Of a stretch of 64,000 nt of DNA, positions 1 through 13,295 are shown piece after piece (the first letter of the stretch is position 1; every line of letters begins with the position of its first letter). Below the pieces are notes generated by a model that ran no database searches, was not told the origin of the DNA, and saw nothing but the letters and a program-made list of their open reading frames with translations. Made by a program: the position numbers and the translations under genes. The stretch comes from Epithemia pelagica (lineage: Eukaryota; Protista; Bacillariophyta): contig OX337231.1 of assembly GCA_946965045.2 (NCBI GenBank), positions 2,852,001 to 2,916,000 of the forward strand, given 5' to 3'.

Positions 1-483
1 TGAGAGTTGAGCAGTGAACACGTAAGCGATGCAAAATGTGCAGGAAGATGTGGGTCTCGTCACCAACTTTCTACAGTATTGAGTACAACACTATAGCTAA
101 GATATTTATAAATAAAAATGCAGACGACATCGATGAGACATGATACTATGAAGACAATAGTAGGACGTCAGCCGCCATTGAGCGCCGGAGTCAGCTCTTG
201 TCTCAAGATGGACACAAGAGCAAGAATCTCGCAACGACGACATCGACAGAATTGCATTTTCCGGTGAATCTGTGTCGACAGTCGACAGGGTTACCATGGC
301 GTATACCAAAGAAACGAGCTGGCAACAGTGACAATGTTAACTGCGATAATGGGAAATTTCCATTTGCTCCATTGAAGTAACGTCGAGATTACGATCAAGC
401 GAGACTCATCAAGCTTTAGCTGGTGAATCAGTGCGTCCACGGCGTCGAAAGTTTCACTATGAGAATCCATGCTCTTTCCAAAT

Positions 484-1779
484 TTAAGAAGATCCAAGTT
501 TGAAGATATGAAGACGTCCAGGTGAAGCCGATTGGCATGTGACCCTGTCGCTCTCGAGATCTTCGTCGGATGGAAAGTGTCTACTTCCAGTAGCGGCGAC
601 GAGAATCCCGTTTTGCGACGACGAAGATCTGTGAAAGGAAATCCCATTAACCGTTTGGTTGAAATAACCATCCAGAGTGCCCAACAATTCACCGGAAGTT
701 GTACTGTAGCATTTGACGCATTTGTCTACACCACCGACAAACAAACGATCGGATTGACCGTCGAGATCAAATTCAAGACGTTGATTTGTATCGGATCTAG
801 TAGCAAAGCTACGAATTCCACGAATGGGTTCGGACTGAAACTCTGGATTGCCAGACAGCATTCGCAGATCCCAACTGAGGACTGTATCCGATCGACGACT
901 GGAACTGTACAAAAGATAGTCCGCCGATGGAGAAAAGCGAAGCTGAGTAACACCACCTTGAGCTCGTGACTGGAACCATTTGACTCTGGCTTGAGAAAAG
1001 ATAGCCATCGCATCATCCGATGTCTCTTCCTCGATTGAGATAAAACGTCGCTTTTTCTTTGAGTGACTTCTGCCATGCCCGACTACACAAATTCCATTCA
1101 TTACAGTGCCGGTTGGTTGTTCTGAAACACGATTGTCGTACACGTAGATTGATCCAGGTGAATAGGTTCCCACGCAAAAGACACGGCTGTCTGGGGCATC
1201 TTCAATGGCAGACACGAGGCCTTTTTGCCCATCGGAAGACCGTCGAGTCTTGCCCAGTCGAAGAACGGTAGAATCTCGTCCAGGCACAGCGAGATCAAAG
1301 ACGCGAATGCATCGGTCTGTTCGGAAGCCTCCTGCGAAAATATGCTGACCGTTGGACGAAAAGCTGACCACTGTTGGTGATTCCATTTCATCCAAAGCAT
1401 TGTAGGGTCGATATGAAGCTCGAATCGTGCCTGTGTAAGCATCAAAGAGATGGACGGGTTGGCCGCGGCAGGTGGCGACAAAACAGCATGTTCCAGGGTC
1501 GGATGAATTCATATATGGGTACCATGAATATGATCGGACTGTATCACCACCTTGTGCAACCAACACAGTCTTCCAATCGGCCACAGCCGAAAGATCTTCA
1601 TTCTCACTTGGTTTCGCTTCCACAGGGGGTGTGTTGTATAGTCGAAGTTTGCTGTCGCTTGACGTGCTCGTCAACAAGCAAAGTCCATCCGGAGAAATAG
1701 AACACCCTTGATAAAAGCTTTCCTTATCCTGCAGATCGGAACTTTCAGCAATTAGAGTTGCATCAAGATGACTCATCAC
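484..1779 (-). CDS. WRAP53: WD40-repeat telomerase Cajal body protein 1 (WRAP53/TCAB1-like)
   Basis: 431-aa ORF; DGLCLLTSTSSDSKLRLY, WYPYMNSSDPGTCCFVATCRGQPVHLFDAYTGTIRASY and TNQRLEFDL match recalled TCAB1 family motifs. Confidence 0.85.
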   Translation of the reverse strand: MMSHLDATLIAESSDLQDKESFYQGCSISPDGLCLLTSTSSDSKLRLYNTPPVEAKPSENEDLSAVADWKTVLVAQGGDTVRSYSWYPYMNSSDPGTCCFVATCRGQPVHLFDAYTGTIRASYRPYNALDEMESPTVVSFSSNGQHIFAGGFRTDRCIRVFDLAVPGRDSTVLRLGKTRRSSDGQKGLVSAIEDAPDSRVFCVGTYSPGSIYVYDNRVSEQPTGTVMNGICVVGHGRSHSKKKRRFISIEEETSDDAMAIFSQARVKWFQSRAQGGVTQLRFSPSADYLLYSSSRRSDTVLSWDLRMLSGNPEFQSEPIRGIRSFATRSDTNQRLEFDLDGQSDRLFVGGVDKCVKCYSTTSGELLGTLDGYFNQTVNGISFHRSSSSQNGILVAATGSRHFPSDEDLESDRVTCQSASPGRLHIFKLGSS

Positions 1780-2237
1780 TCATCAAGAAAGACGGAAAAG
1801 ATTGTGTCTCGGCGGTGGTCGGTGCTCGTCTCGCGACTCGCGATTCCGAATTGTGATCTGTGAATGGTCGCTCTATAGTCGTGGTTTGCAAATATCGTAT
1901 TATGCCCAACAGTTTTCTAAGAGGAGTCCGCTGGCCAGGCCAGCGTGGAGATAGTGTTACATAGGAGTATGATCAGGTTTGCAAGACTAAAGCGCGCATG
2001 CACAAAAAATTTTCGTTGCATCTCACTTCTTACAAAAGACCGTATCCCTCACAATTTTGGCCACAATTCTCGCGTCACCCACGCTTTTTGCATAATACTC
2101 CATCCATTCAGCAGGTTGGCCAATTCCTCGTGCCACATCCATCCGTTACATTTCAAACCAGCAAGAAGAGGAGAATAGGACACGTATTGGAACCGTGTCA
2201 AATTGAAAACACGACGAATCTGAATGGCGAAAACAAG

Positions 2238-3426
2238 ATGAAATGGTTGCAGAAAATCCTACTCGTCACTGGATCCTGGGTTTTGACAGCTGTAAAGTCG
2301 AAAACTGTCAAACTTCATGAAGCCGAAGAGGATGTGATTGATTCCAAACTTGTAAGTGTGCTTTGTGACCATAAATTTTTGTCGGATGAAAAGTGTCATT
2401 GGTCTCAGGTTTTCTCCACCTTTCACTCTGTAGCTTGGTCATCCAGTCACCCGAGTTGTTGGAGGACACCGGCCTCCTGCAGGAAGTTTCCCGTATGCTC
2501 ACGTGAGACTTTTGCGCAATGGTATTGAGCATCAATGCGGAGGCACAATAGTGTCCTCTGACATGATTTTGACTGCTGCACATTGTCTGGACTGGTTTGA
2601 TACTATTCTACATCATGGGGCGACTCCACAAGAATACAATGGCGATCTCCCTTTCACACATGTTCAAGTACATCCTGATTTTGATTCAGAATCCTACAAG
2701 GCCGATATCATGGTCATAAAATTGAAGAATCCAATTCACGGAGCAAGTATAATTGAAATGAACGATGGGCAGTATGGTCCCTTCCACACGCATCCCCTCT
2801 TGGTTGTTGGCTTTGGTGCAACGGAAGGGGACAGCAGAGGCAGAGCTTCGGGGGGATCACTGCACTTTGCTGAAGTGCCGTACGTTCCCAATGGACGATG
2901 CGAGGGAATAGAGGTTGACGGACAACAAATGTACCAAAATCAGATATTTCCTTCCATGCTCTGTGCTGGAGGTCTCGGTCGAGATGCTTGTCAGGGAGAC
3001 AGTGGATCACCGTTGGTTGAACCATTGTATGAAAAGGATGTCTTGGTTGGAATTGTCAGCTGGGGAAGGGGTTGTGCACAATATCCTGGTGTCTACACTC
3101 GTATAAGTTATTTCTATAATTGGGTACGAGAGAAAATATGCTGGGACTCGGTCGATCCTCCCGACTACCTGGATTGTCAGGCAAAAGAGAGAAGTCCAGA
3201 GGCATTGGCTGCATCAAGCGAAAACGAGTTTGAATCATCTCCGTCCGTTTCACCTTCGATCCATGGTGGGGTATGGGATGGCCATGAGAAAAATGGAACA
3301 ACCGGCAGAGATTGGGGAGATTGGGACAAGTTTAAGGACATGACTTCGAGTGGTATTTCGTGGTTCGCGAGAAAGATTTTGACTTTTTCATCTGCCAGCA
3401 TTGTAATGTGTTGCTTCTTGTCATGA
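2238..3426 (+). CDS. Secreted trypsin-like serine protease (S1), 2 exons
   Basis: Signal peptide MKWLQKILLV at 2238; intron ~2352-2434; RVVGG activation site, LTAAHC, DIMVIKL and GDSGSP catalytic motifs; hydrophobic C-terminal tail. Confidence 0.9.
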
Positions 3427-3488
3427 GAGAAAGCTGAACCTTGACTTTTGCTGGACGATACCCATCCTCGTTCCGTCGTACTATTATT

Positions 3489-3570
3489 GCCAGACGAAGT
3501 CAGGACTTGTTTCTTTATGCCATCTGAAAGCCAGACGAAGTCAGGACTTGTTTCTATGTGCCGTCTGAAA
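3489..3570 (+). repeat. 41-bp tandem duplication (2 copies)
   Basis: gccagacgaagtcaggacttgtttct...tctgaaa occurs twice in tandem, between the convergent trypsin and P4H genes. Confidence 0.85.
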
Positions 3571-3758
3571 GGGACTTTCAAACCTTCCAAGACTCCGACA
3601 ATTCGGAAAACATAGTGCTATGGGAGTCATAGGGCCCAACCTGTTGACAATGATCAAGAACCAATGCTACATTCTAATCACTGTATTACGAATTACGACT
3701 ACCAAATCTAATGTCAAGTCAATCGTCTTTCTGTACTGCCACCAGGTGGATTCGACCA

Positions 3759-5418
3759 CTACAGTTCGCCATTGGAATGAGATGTTTCCCTCGCGACTTG
3801 TCGTCTACGTCTCCCTCCTTCAATCTGTATGCCCAAAGTGTTGAAGCTATCCCAAGGATTCTCAGCATCCACACCCAAACGAATCCACTGAGTAACAATT
3901 TTCTTTTCGCCCTCAAAAACGGGGCATCCCGAATGTTCAGTAAATCCTGTATCCATGGTTCTTGTGATAGGATCAATATAAGAGAAGAAAACTGCACTGC
4001 CCGGCTCTGGTTTAACGTGGACTCCAGCATTGCGAAAGTTCGTATGACCACCACGATCGGCAACCTGATGTTCGATATCGAAATGCAAATACAGATGAGG
4101 AGACAAGATCAGTATATGCAGAAATCGATCACATTGAATACAGGGAGGATGAAACGATGAGCTGATCAGATTTCAACTTACGTCGCAGTACATGACCATG
4201 GTTGCCATTCGGGTACCATGCTTATGCTTCATACCAGTGCAGTCTCCATCACAGTGTGGCGTGTAACGATCAGGTTCAGTGTCATTCAAGCCCCGACCAA
4301 AGTATTGAATACTCATCAAATCTTCTTGGCCATCTTCAGAAATATCTAAACCCAAAACATCGTTTGTATAATCATAAACACGGCGACTCAATCTTGCAAT
4401 CGGGTCGCCCTGTGCTTCCTTGTCCCACTGGACAGTGATGCCTGCTTGCATTGCTTTACGGTTTTCGCTCAACTGAGAGCCACCTCGTCCATCGGCAACT
4501 GTCGCACGATGCAAGGAAGCTCTAGCCGTGTCATCCATGGCCTTACACTCTGCAGGAAGGATAAAGTTCTGAATGACATGAATTTTTGACGATGGTCGAT
4601 CATGCATGATGCTTACACGCCTTTTACCACCATCAGGGTCACGGTCATGAATCCACATCTTCTCAGAAACAGGATCAGAGGAATTCACACCATCATCCAA
4701 GCAGGTATAATTCTCCAATTGACCAGCAATGCCCTTTCGGATAGTGGACTGGAAGGCAATTTCTTCCTGGATCTCTTCCAGTCGAGTGGCGACGCCACCT
4801 TGCACACAATTAACAAGATCTTTCATAGCTTCTGAGACATCATCCGGGGAAGCGGCCGTTGTACCAGATACTTTGGCCAATGCCCGTTCATGACAGTCAC
4901 TCACAAGGTCGCCCGCTTCTTGCCGAGCTTTTACCTTATTATCGACAAAGTTGCATTCAATGTCAGCTGTCACATGAATATTTTGCTCTTCGTTGGGAGA
5001 TACAGCGAAATTACAAGCTGAAATTGCATAAAAGATAAGTCGCTCTTCCCGAGAGACATGTGTTGAAATCAGTATGGTAAAAAAGGCATATTCATTACTT
5101 ACTTCGACATTCGGGGCTCATCACATTGTCTTTGCATCCCTCTTTATCTCGGACTTCAAATTCATGACCGACAAAAGAATCCAAGTTGAAATCAGCCCCT
5201 GCCATGACATCAGGGGCACTCATCTTAGAAGCTGCGCGCGTTTGTGGATGAATCCAGAAGACCTCGATCCGTCCCTTGCTTTCGTTCATTATTTGGATCT
5301 TTCGGCTACTGCTCGTCGCAGCACCTTCAACGAGCTTGCCATGGTGTTGCAGCGCCACGAGTGACAACAGGAACGAGAACAACAACGATGTCACTTTCAT
5401 CATCTTCCAAGTGACCAT
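3759..5418 (-). CDS. Secreted 2OG-Fe(II) prolyl 4-hydroxylase-like protein, 3 exons
   Basis: Exon ORFs 5095-5445, 4173-4973 and 3759-4106; signal peptide; HCD (YTPHCDG), RMATMVMYC, GGHTNF, HSGCPVFEGEKKIVTQWIR. The start could be 5418 or 5403. Confidence 0.8.
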
Positions 5419-5503
5419 GGTCAACGTTGTGATTGTAATATCCAACCGACAGAATATCGAGAATTGAATAGACTTATGTCGGTTACGGTGCCATCTGCCG
5501 AAT

Positions 5504-6248
5504 CACCCCCTAGCGGGGGTGTTTTTGAGGTTGTAATTTCGTTGAAACACCCCCATCTCTCTGGTAGAAAAATAACCTGTTTCTAGTCGGCAGGCATATC
5601 TCATTCCATCCATCGCGATAACAACACGGACCTCGGTGTTGCACCTGTTGTTGTGCACCTATTTTGACACTTGGTACCTGTCGGGCGATTCATAGGCCTC
5701 TAACCAATAGCGTAGGATACATCTGCATGGCCAAAATATGAAGGTTGAGTCTATTGTGGAGCTGGTTCACAGGCACCATGCCTCGTGGCACGGTCATACG
5801 GAAGCAACGCCTCACCATTTCGAATGAAGCATCTCAGAGGGATGTATGGCTCTTATCATTCATTGCTTCGACACCTAATGGTACACAATATACATAACAG
5901 TAGTTACAGAGTGTATCGACAGCAGGACCTCTATTCCCATGTGTTTTTGGGGCCATCATGGTCTCACGTGTCGTGCCATAATGCTGGGCCACTATTTTCA
6001 TCCTTTCCTAGAGTGACCCTCATGCACTGTGCCGCTCACAATGCATTACCATGGTACTAATATGAATCACACGATGGTCGGATCATGATGGGGTGATCAT
6101 AGGAGGTCACCAGCAACAACAAAGTTTGATTGTCGTGCTGTTATCGTGGTTGTGAAAATGAGATATGCCTGCCGACTAGACCGGACACCAGGGAGATGGG
6201 GGTGGCTACACGAAATTAAACCCTCTAAGCCACCCCCGCTAGGGGGTG
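5504..6248. mobile_element. Non-autonomous TIR DNA element (MITE/MULE-like), 745 bp
   Basis: Imperfect TIRs at 5504-5628 and 6134-6248 with an identical terminal 18 bp (caccccctagcgggggtg) and an identical 24-bp block (tctagtcggcaggcatatctcatt); flanking direct repeat ctgccgaa(t/g) at 5495-5503 and 6249-6257; no transposase ORF. Confidence 0.8.
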
Positions 6249-6486
6249 CTGCCGAAGAAAACAATGCTACTCTACAATCCAGCGATGAAGAGCTCAATGT
6301 CTTTTAATAGAACAATATCCTGACTATCATAGAGACCGCTTGAGATTACTATGATCATTTTGGAAAGACCCTGTTATTACTCCTCTAGAGCTAGGTACTC
6401 CTAATAGGAGTAGTTCGAAGAAGACCTCTAGCTAGGAGTAGAGTACAATAGTTGCTCGTTGTTCTCCCTATTGTGAGTGTTTAAGC

Positions 6487-7869
<1,383 letters not shown>

Positions 7870-8238
7870 GGTCAATTTACGCAAAGATACACTGAAGTAC
7901 TAATAGTTACACTTGAATTTGTTCCTCGTCGAGAAAGATGATAGGCGGTGACTCCTCACTGATGTGCGGGTTCAACTTTCGGGTTACTTTGGAAGTGGAA
8001 CGTGGAACATGAAAAATCTATCAGATGCAGAAGAAGCTACTTGTGCTATTCACAATTCGCAATCCTAAGCTATTCGAAAGGCTATCAAAATGTCTTCCAT
8101 CAAATACGAGATACGATCAGTTTGTGGTCAGAGACGTAATCCGTCTACATCAAGGAATTCATATCTCTTACTCTGGACAACCGTCACAGCATTCAACGCA
8201 ACCTGTCCCTGCGATCGGCACAAGTACAAGTAGCATAA

Positions 8239-10170
8239 TCATTTCGAGGTTGTTTCTTTCAACTCGTCTCTCAACAAACGACGAAGGATTTTGCCACTGG
8301 CCGACTTCGGGATTTTGTCGGTAAAGACGACACCCCCATCTAATCGCTTGTAGGGAGCCACTCGCTCCTTCACCCATTCATAAATGTCGTTTTCCTGGGG
8401 GCTTTTCTGACTTTCGTCTGTAGACTGTTTCAAGACGACATAGGCACGGGGGACTTCGCCACAAGCTTCATCGGGAATCCCAATCACCGCTACATCTTGC
8501 ACATCCTCGTTTGTCAACAACAAGGCTTCCAACTCCGCCGGGGGGACTTGGTAACCACGAACCTTTATCAGTTCCTTGATGCGATCTGTTATGTAGAAGA
8601 ACCCATCATCATCATAATATGCCACGTCTCCTGTCCGCAACCATCCCGATTCACTGAGAGTTTCGGATGTTTTCTCGGTTTCATTCAAATATCCCGACAT
8701 GACCTGGGGACCTTTGATCAAAAGTTCTCCAGATTCATTTGGTGGCAAGCTTTTGCCAGTGTCGTCAATGATTTTACCAAATGTGGAGGACACGAGTGGT
8801 CCTACACTTCCTGATCGCGCGTTGTCATTGGAACAGCCCGTTGCCAAAGGAGAAAGCTCAGACATCCCCCAATACTGCTTAACCACACATCCGATACGCT
8901 CCGATACCTTTTGTTCAATGTCGCTCCCCAAAGGAGCCGCAGCAGAAACAATTCTGAGGAATGATAAGAATCAAGTATATCGAAGCAACAGGTCTGATTG
9001 TCGATCACTTACGTATCGAGCGAGGATAAGTCATACTTGTCGACGAGCGGACTTTTCGCTAATCCAAGGAGAATGGGTGGGACGAGATGGGCTCTCTCCA
9101 CCTTGTATTTCTCAACAGCCTTGCAATATTCCTCAAGATCAAAACGCCCAGAACTTGTGATAAGAGTTTGACCTCTCCATGCGGAATAGAGCATGGAAAT
9201 GGTGAAGGCGTAAATATGAAAGAACGGAAGGGGAGAGCTAAGTTTGTGGTTTTGAGTGAAGACTTCGCCCTCCAATCGATCGATTGTCCATAGGTTTGAC
9301 ACAATGTTCTCATGTGTCAGGCTTACACCCTTGGGTAGACCAGTAGTTCCTGAAGAATATGGTAGAACACAGACATGTGTACCCGTATTTGCATGAACAC
9401 CGTCAATGGTATTGTTCTGAGGTGTGCTGTGTTCACGAAGTGCATCTAATGTTACAGTACCCTCAGGCAACTTCTCATCTCCAGTATCAGTGATAACGAT
9501 AACGTGCTTGATAGGATGATCCGCTCCCTTGATAGCTTCCAATGCAATATCTAGTTTGCTGAAATGAACCATAACCACGGACGAACGACTTCGATTGAGA
9601 ACGGTTGAAAGCTCGAGGGCGGTGTACAATGGGTTGATCGGTGTTATCATGGCCCCTGTCATTGACACGGCAAGTGGTACCGCAAGATAGTCAACGTGGT
9701 TGGGACAAAACATCGCAACGCAGTCTCCATGGCCTATATTCATATCATGTAATAAAGCTGCTGCCAACGACCGAATGGTTCGGTAGTGATCCCCAAAGCT
9801 GCGTTGCAATCCTGTAAAGGTATCCACAATCGCGATCTTGTCGTCAAGGGTACCTCCTTGAGCTTTCCATTCAGAAGTCACGAACTCGAAGAGTGGGGGG
9901 TAGGGGCCTACCGGTATTGGTTCATAGGGACTGAAATCCGAGCCACAAACATGTAAGAGGCTTTCTTGATGATAGTGTATTGAGAACATGAAAGTACTCG
10001 TTCGACGTTCTCACCCACCTGGACACAGCATATTTGTCGCATTCCTCTGCGAGGTCATTGATACCAGACGAGTTCGTCGCAAGAAACCGTCTTCCTAATT
10101 GCCACAGCGACGATCTATCTTTTTGTCGTCGCAGAAGTGTTTGCGCCTTTGCCAATGTAAACGTCGCCAT
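8239..10170 (-). CDS. AMP-dependent acyl-CoA synthetase, 4-coumarate-CoA ligase-like, 3 exons
   Basis: LPYSSGTTGLPKGV, QYWGMSE, GELLIKGPQVM, WLRTGD, DRIKELIKVRGYQV, PKSASGKILRR; Arg-rich mitochondrial-type N-terminus. Confidence 0.9.
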
Positions 10171-10303
10171 TGTATCTCATTTGATCTCCAGATATAGCCG
10201 ATTCTTTGTCTGCATTCCTCAACTTCAGATTCGTGACTCAAATCGCTAAATAGTTGATTCGTGGATCTTCATAGTTTTCGCTGTCCTCCTACAAAATCCG
10301 ACC

Positions 10304-11127
10304 ATGAGCACTGCTCCGGCGGCACCATCAGCTGATGGAGGTGTTGTAGACAACAACACTGCTCCTCCACCTCCACCACCGGGAGAAGGGGGACCTGGTG
10401 CAGGAGAGGCTACGTTGTTGGTGTCCGAATTTCCTCCGCCTCCATTCTATTACCGTCAATCACACTTACTGAGCGCCCCTACCATTCCCCATGAGGCTCT
10501 GGAGCGAGGAACGAAACGAGCAGCGGCGGCTGCCGCAAAAGCACACGCCGAGTCAGAACGATTGAGGTTAGGAGAAAGCCAGGATGCAATCCTCGCTGGA
10601 ACACCAACCACGGACGCAGGAGGAGCAGCTATGACGTCCAATGCCGGCGACGAAGACAACAGTGTGGTGGGAGTCTTTGGAGAAATTGTGGAAGATCCTC
10701 TCTTATTCCAGCCTCTAGATCGATGTGAAGATCCACGTGTTGTAAGAGATGAGGTAAAACGACTGAACAATGAAGCTGTACGAGGTTTCGTGGAACTTGT
10801 GAAGGATCTAGTCCACAGACCAATGGAGAACAAGTAGGTGTTTCTGGTTCGTCCGGTTCAGTAGTGTGGCGTGTCAACCCATCTCATATTTGTTGTTCCA
10901 ATTTGAAACTCATGTCTTGATTGACCTTCAGAAAAACACGCGATGAGCTTTCACATAATGTCTTTCTTATGTTGCAAGAATGCAACAAATTCAGAGAACA
11001 TCAGGCTCGAGAGACTCTTATTGACCTGCTAGAGAGACAGCTAGAAGTACGGAAACGTCTTTTAGTGGAGATGAGGGAAAGTGTGGAAGAGGCAGACGCT
11101 CTACTGGCGAAAGCAACGTCGCTTTGA
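10304..11127 (+). CDS. MED7: Mediator subunit 7, 2 exons
   Basis: VSEFPPPPFYY, then EVKRLN and HNVFLMLQECNKFREHQARETLIDLLERQL (Med7 HQARETL motif); intron ~10834-10930. Confidence 0.85.
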
Positions 11128-11723
11128 TAGAAAGCAACACAACAACCATGGTGTTGCTCTTCTGATACTTTCTCTGTAACGCGATCTGGGGATGGACCTT
11201 CCAACTTCCAATAAGCAGAAAGATTGTTGAGGCGTCCGTATGTTGCTCATGTTCATCTATACCATCATTATGCAAAAGTGAGAGAGAAAACCAGGGGGTT
11301 GTTGTACGGCTGCGCGTTGCCGTTGAGAATATCATCTATCGGAGTGTTCTTGGGTTTTGATAAGGTCATCTTTCATAGTCCAGTAATCTATTGGCCTTCA
11401 GTTAGTTTTCACCTTTTGCTTCCTCTGTAAAGAACTCAAGTCGACCTGCCACCAGCTATGTCAAACGAACCACAAGAGATCACCTGGCGAACCCTTTTGC
11501 GGTTGTTCCGTCGTCATGATTGCCGCCAAGACGGGAAAGACATTGCAATCGTTGGTAAAGCGATCATGAATCATGACAATGAGTATTCTATGAGAGGTAG
11601 CTAGAGGATTTCGAACGACCCTACTACTCCTACTATCTCTTGCTCCTTCTCCTGCCAAATAAAGGCGACCAATGAATCGAAAAACTTCGAGCCCAACTCA
11701 TAATTCACGATGGCGAATGGCGA

Positions 11724-13121
11724 ATGGCGATGGCTGATGATATCTCTTCTGCTTCGTCTCCTTGCCTCTTGCAGGTTCTTCCACAAATACGAAAGGAGCA
11801 TGCACGTCATATAAAGATATCAAGCTCCTTGCCCTCGCTCATTTCCGAATCTTCCAAAACACACGCGACTGAAACAGAGCACAAAGCTGCCCATGGTGTG
11901 TGCCTCGTATGTCGTCGACATGAAGCGCGTTACACTTGTCCTCGGTGTGAGATCCCCTATTGTTCGCTTGACTGCTATCGCGTACACGACAGTTCCAATG
12001 GAGGAAAATCACTTGCAGGAGGCTGTACCGAGGCATTCTATCAGGACCGCGTGTCGAACGTTGTCAATCTCGAAGCGAAGGAACAAATTCAACACACCCA
12101 AAATATGATTCAAAGAATATACCAAAACCGGAAAGAACAGAATGAGTTGATTGGTGAATCTGAACTTTCAGAATCACGTGTAACTGAGGGCGTTTCGCAA
12201 GCGCAGCTTCTATCTTTTCTTCAAGCGCTGGAAGAAGGACATACTCTCGAAGAATTGCACACAATGGTGTCTTCATTTTCTCCCTATTTTCAACGTGATC
12301 TAGACCATGCCATTCGCAGCGGTCATGTTCAAGAGTGGATAATTGAGCCCTGGCATCCGTGGTGGAAACCCGAGCTCGTGATGGAGGGGGACTTGGGAAC
12401 GGTGAACAATCCCATGAACGACGAAGAGCAGAATGTCAAGACCTTGGACGATCGCATTGTGGAAGATATCAAGCCCTTTTCTGAGTTACGCCCCAACTCC
12501 AGGGGGAGTGACCTTGTCCAAACGGTCGATCTGAGCCACAACCTAGTAGACATATTGTTTACTGTTGTGGCTGTTCTTCAGCTTTTCCACGGAGTAAGAA
12601 ATGCTGCTTGTTTTGACAATTGTATTGACGCTGCAGAAACCATGATTAATGCTTCACCTGTTTTGTCCCAAGATGCAAGATGGGAGTGCCTTGAGGAGGT
12701 CTTAGTTGCCCTCTCATGTGCCCCACCCATCACTGCTTCAAGCGATAATCAAGGAGACAATCTGCAGCATCCATCGTGGTGCGCTCGCACCGATTTGCTT
12801 CGAGACGTTGCGCTGATATTGCACGGCAAATTTCGATTGGTAGCCAGAGCCTTGTTTGAGGCCACGGACATTCTCCAAAGTGCCATATCCGTTTATTCCA
12901 GCAACAAACAGGCTAAAGACAAGAACAAAAAGTCGCCTCATTGTGGCATCACTAGAACGCAGCTGAAGAGAATTCTCAAAAAGATTCAATTCTTTCTGTC
13001 CTGGACTCGACATTATCAGAATCGACATCACGACGAAGATCCATTACCCTTTCTTGCCGAAAAAATTGAGATTTGGATTGCGGAATGGAACGTAGAAAAT
13101 GCTATGTCTGCGACTACGTGA
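11724..13121 (+). CDS. ZNHIT2: Zinc finger HIT-domain protein (ZNHIT2-like)
   Basis: CLVC...YTCPRCEIPYCSLDCYRVH...CTEAFYQDRV, plus a PWHPWW motif. Confidence 0.8.
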   Translation: MAMADDISSASSPCLLQVLPQIRKEHARHIKISSSLPSLISESSKTHATETEHKAAHGVCLVCRRHEARYTCPRCEIPYCSLDCYRVHDSSNGGKSLAGGCTEAFYQDRVSNVVNLEAKEQIQHTQNMIQRIYQNRKEQNELIGESELSESRVTEGVSQAQLLSFLQALEEGHTLEELHTMVSSFSPYFQRDLDHAIRSGHVQEWIIEPWHPWWKPELVMEGDLGTVNNPMNDEEQNVKTLDDRIVEDIKPFSELRPNSRGSDLVQTVDLSHNLVDILFTVVAVLQLFHGVRNAACFDNCIDAAETMINASPVLSQDARWECLEEVLVALSCAPPITASSDNQGDNLQHPSWCARTDLLRDVALILHGKFRLVARALFEATDILQSAISVYSSNKQAKDKNKKSPHCGITRTQLKRILKKIQFFLSWTRHYQNRHHDEDPLPFLAEKIEIWIAEWNVENAMSATT

Positions 13122-13295
13122 TGGTTTATCTCGTATCCCCTGCGAAGAACAAGTATGACTAGAGGTTGTCCGAAGTTATTGTAAATTGTAATGTCTTTGA
13201 CTCTATTTATGGTTTACATGCCCTACAACCAAGAAAACTATATGCTTGAATTTGACGAAGTCACTGGTCCAATATCCCCAAGAACAATGCCGTCT

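Noticed and set aside
3489-3570. Short direct repeats here and at 28299-28352 as CRISPR-like arrays
   Set aside because: Only two adjacent copies, no spacers, no cas genes, eukaryotic context
5504-5628. The covarying hairpin read as a riboswitch, snRNA or snoRNA
   Set aside because: No recognisable Rfam-type boxes; an inverted second copy with a flanking direct repeat fits a TIR element better
5785-6060. 91-aa ORF inside the TIR element as a possible transposase
   Set aside because: Too short, non-ATG start and no DDE or HUH motifs
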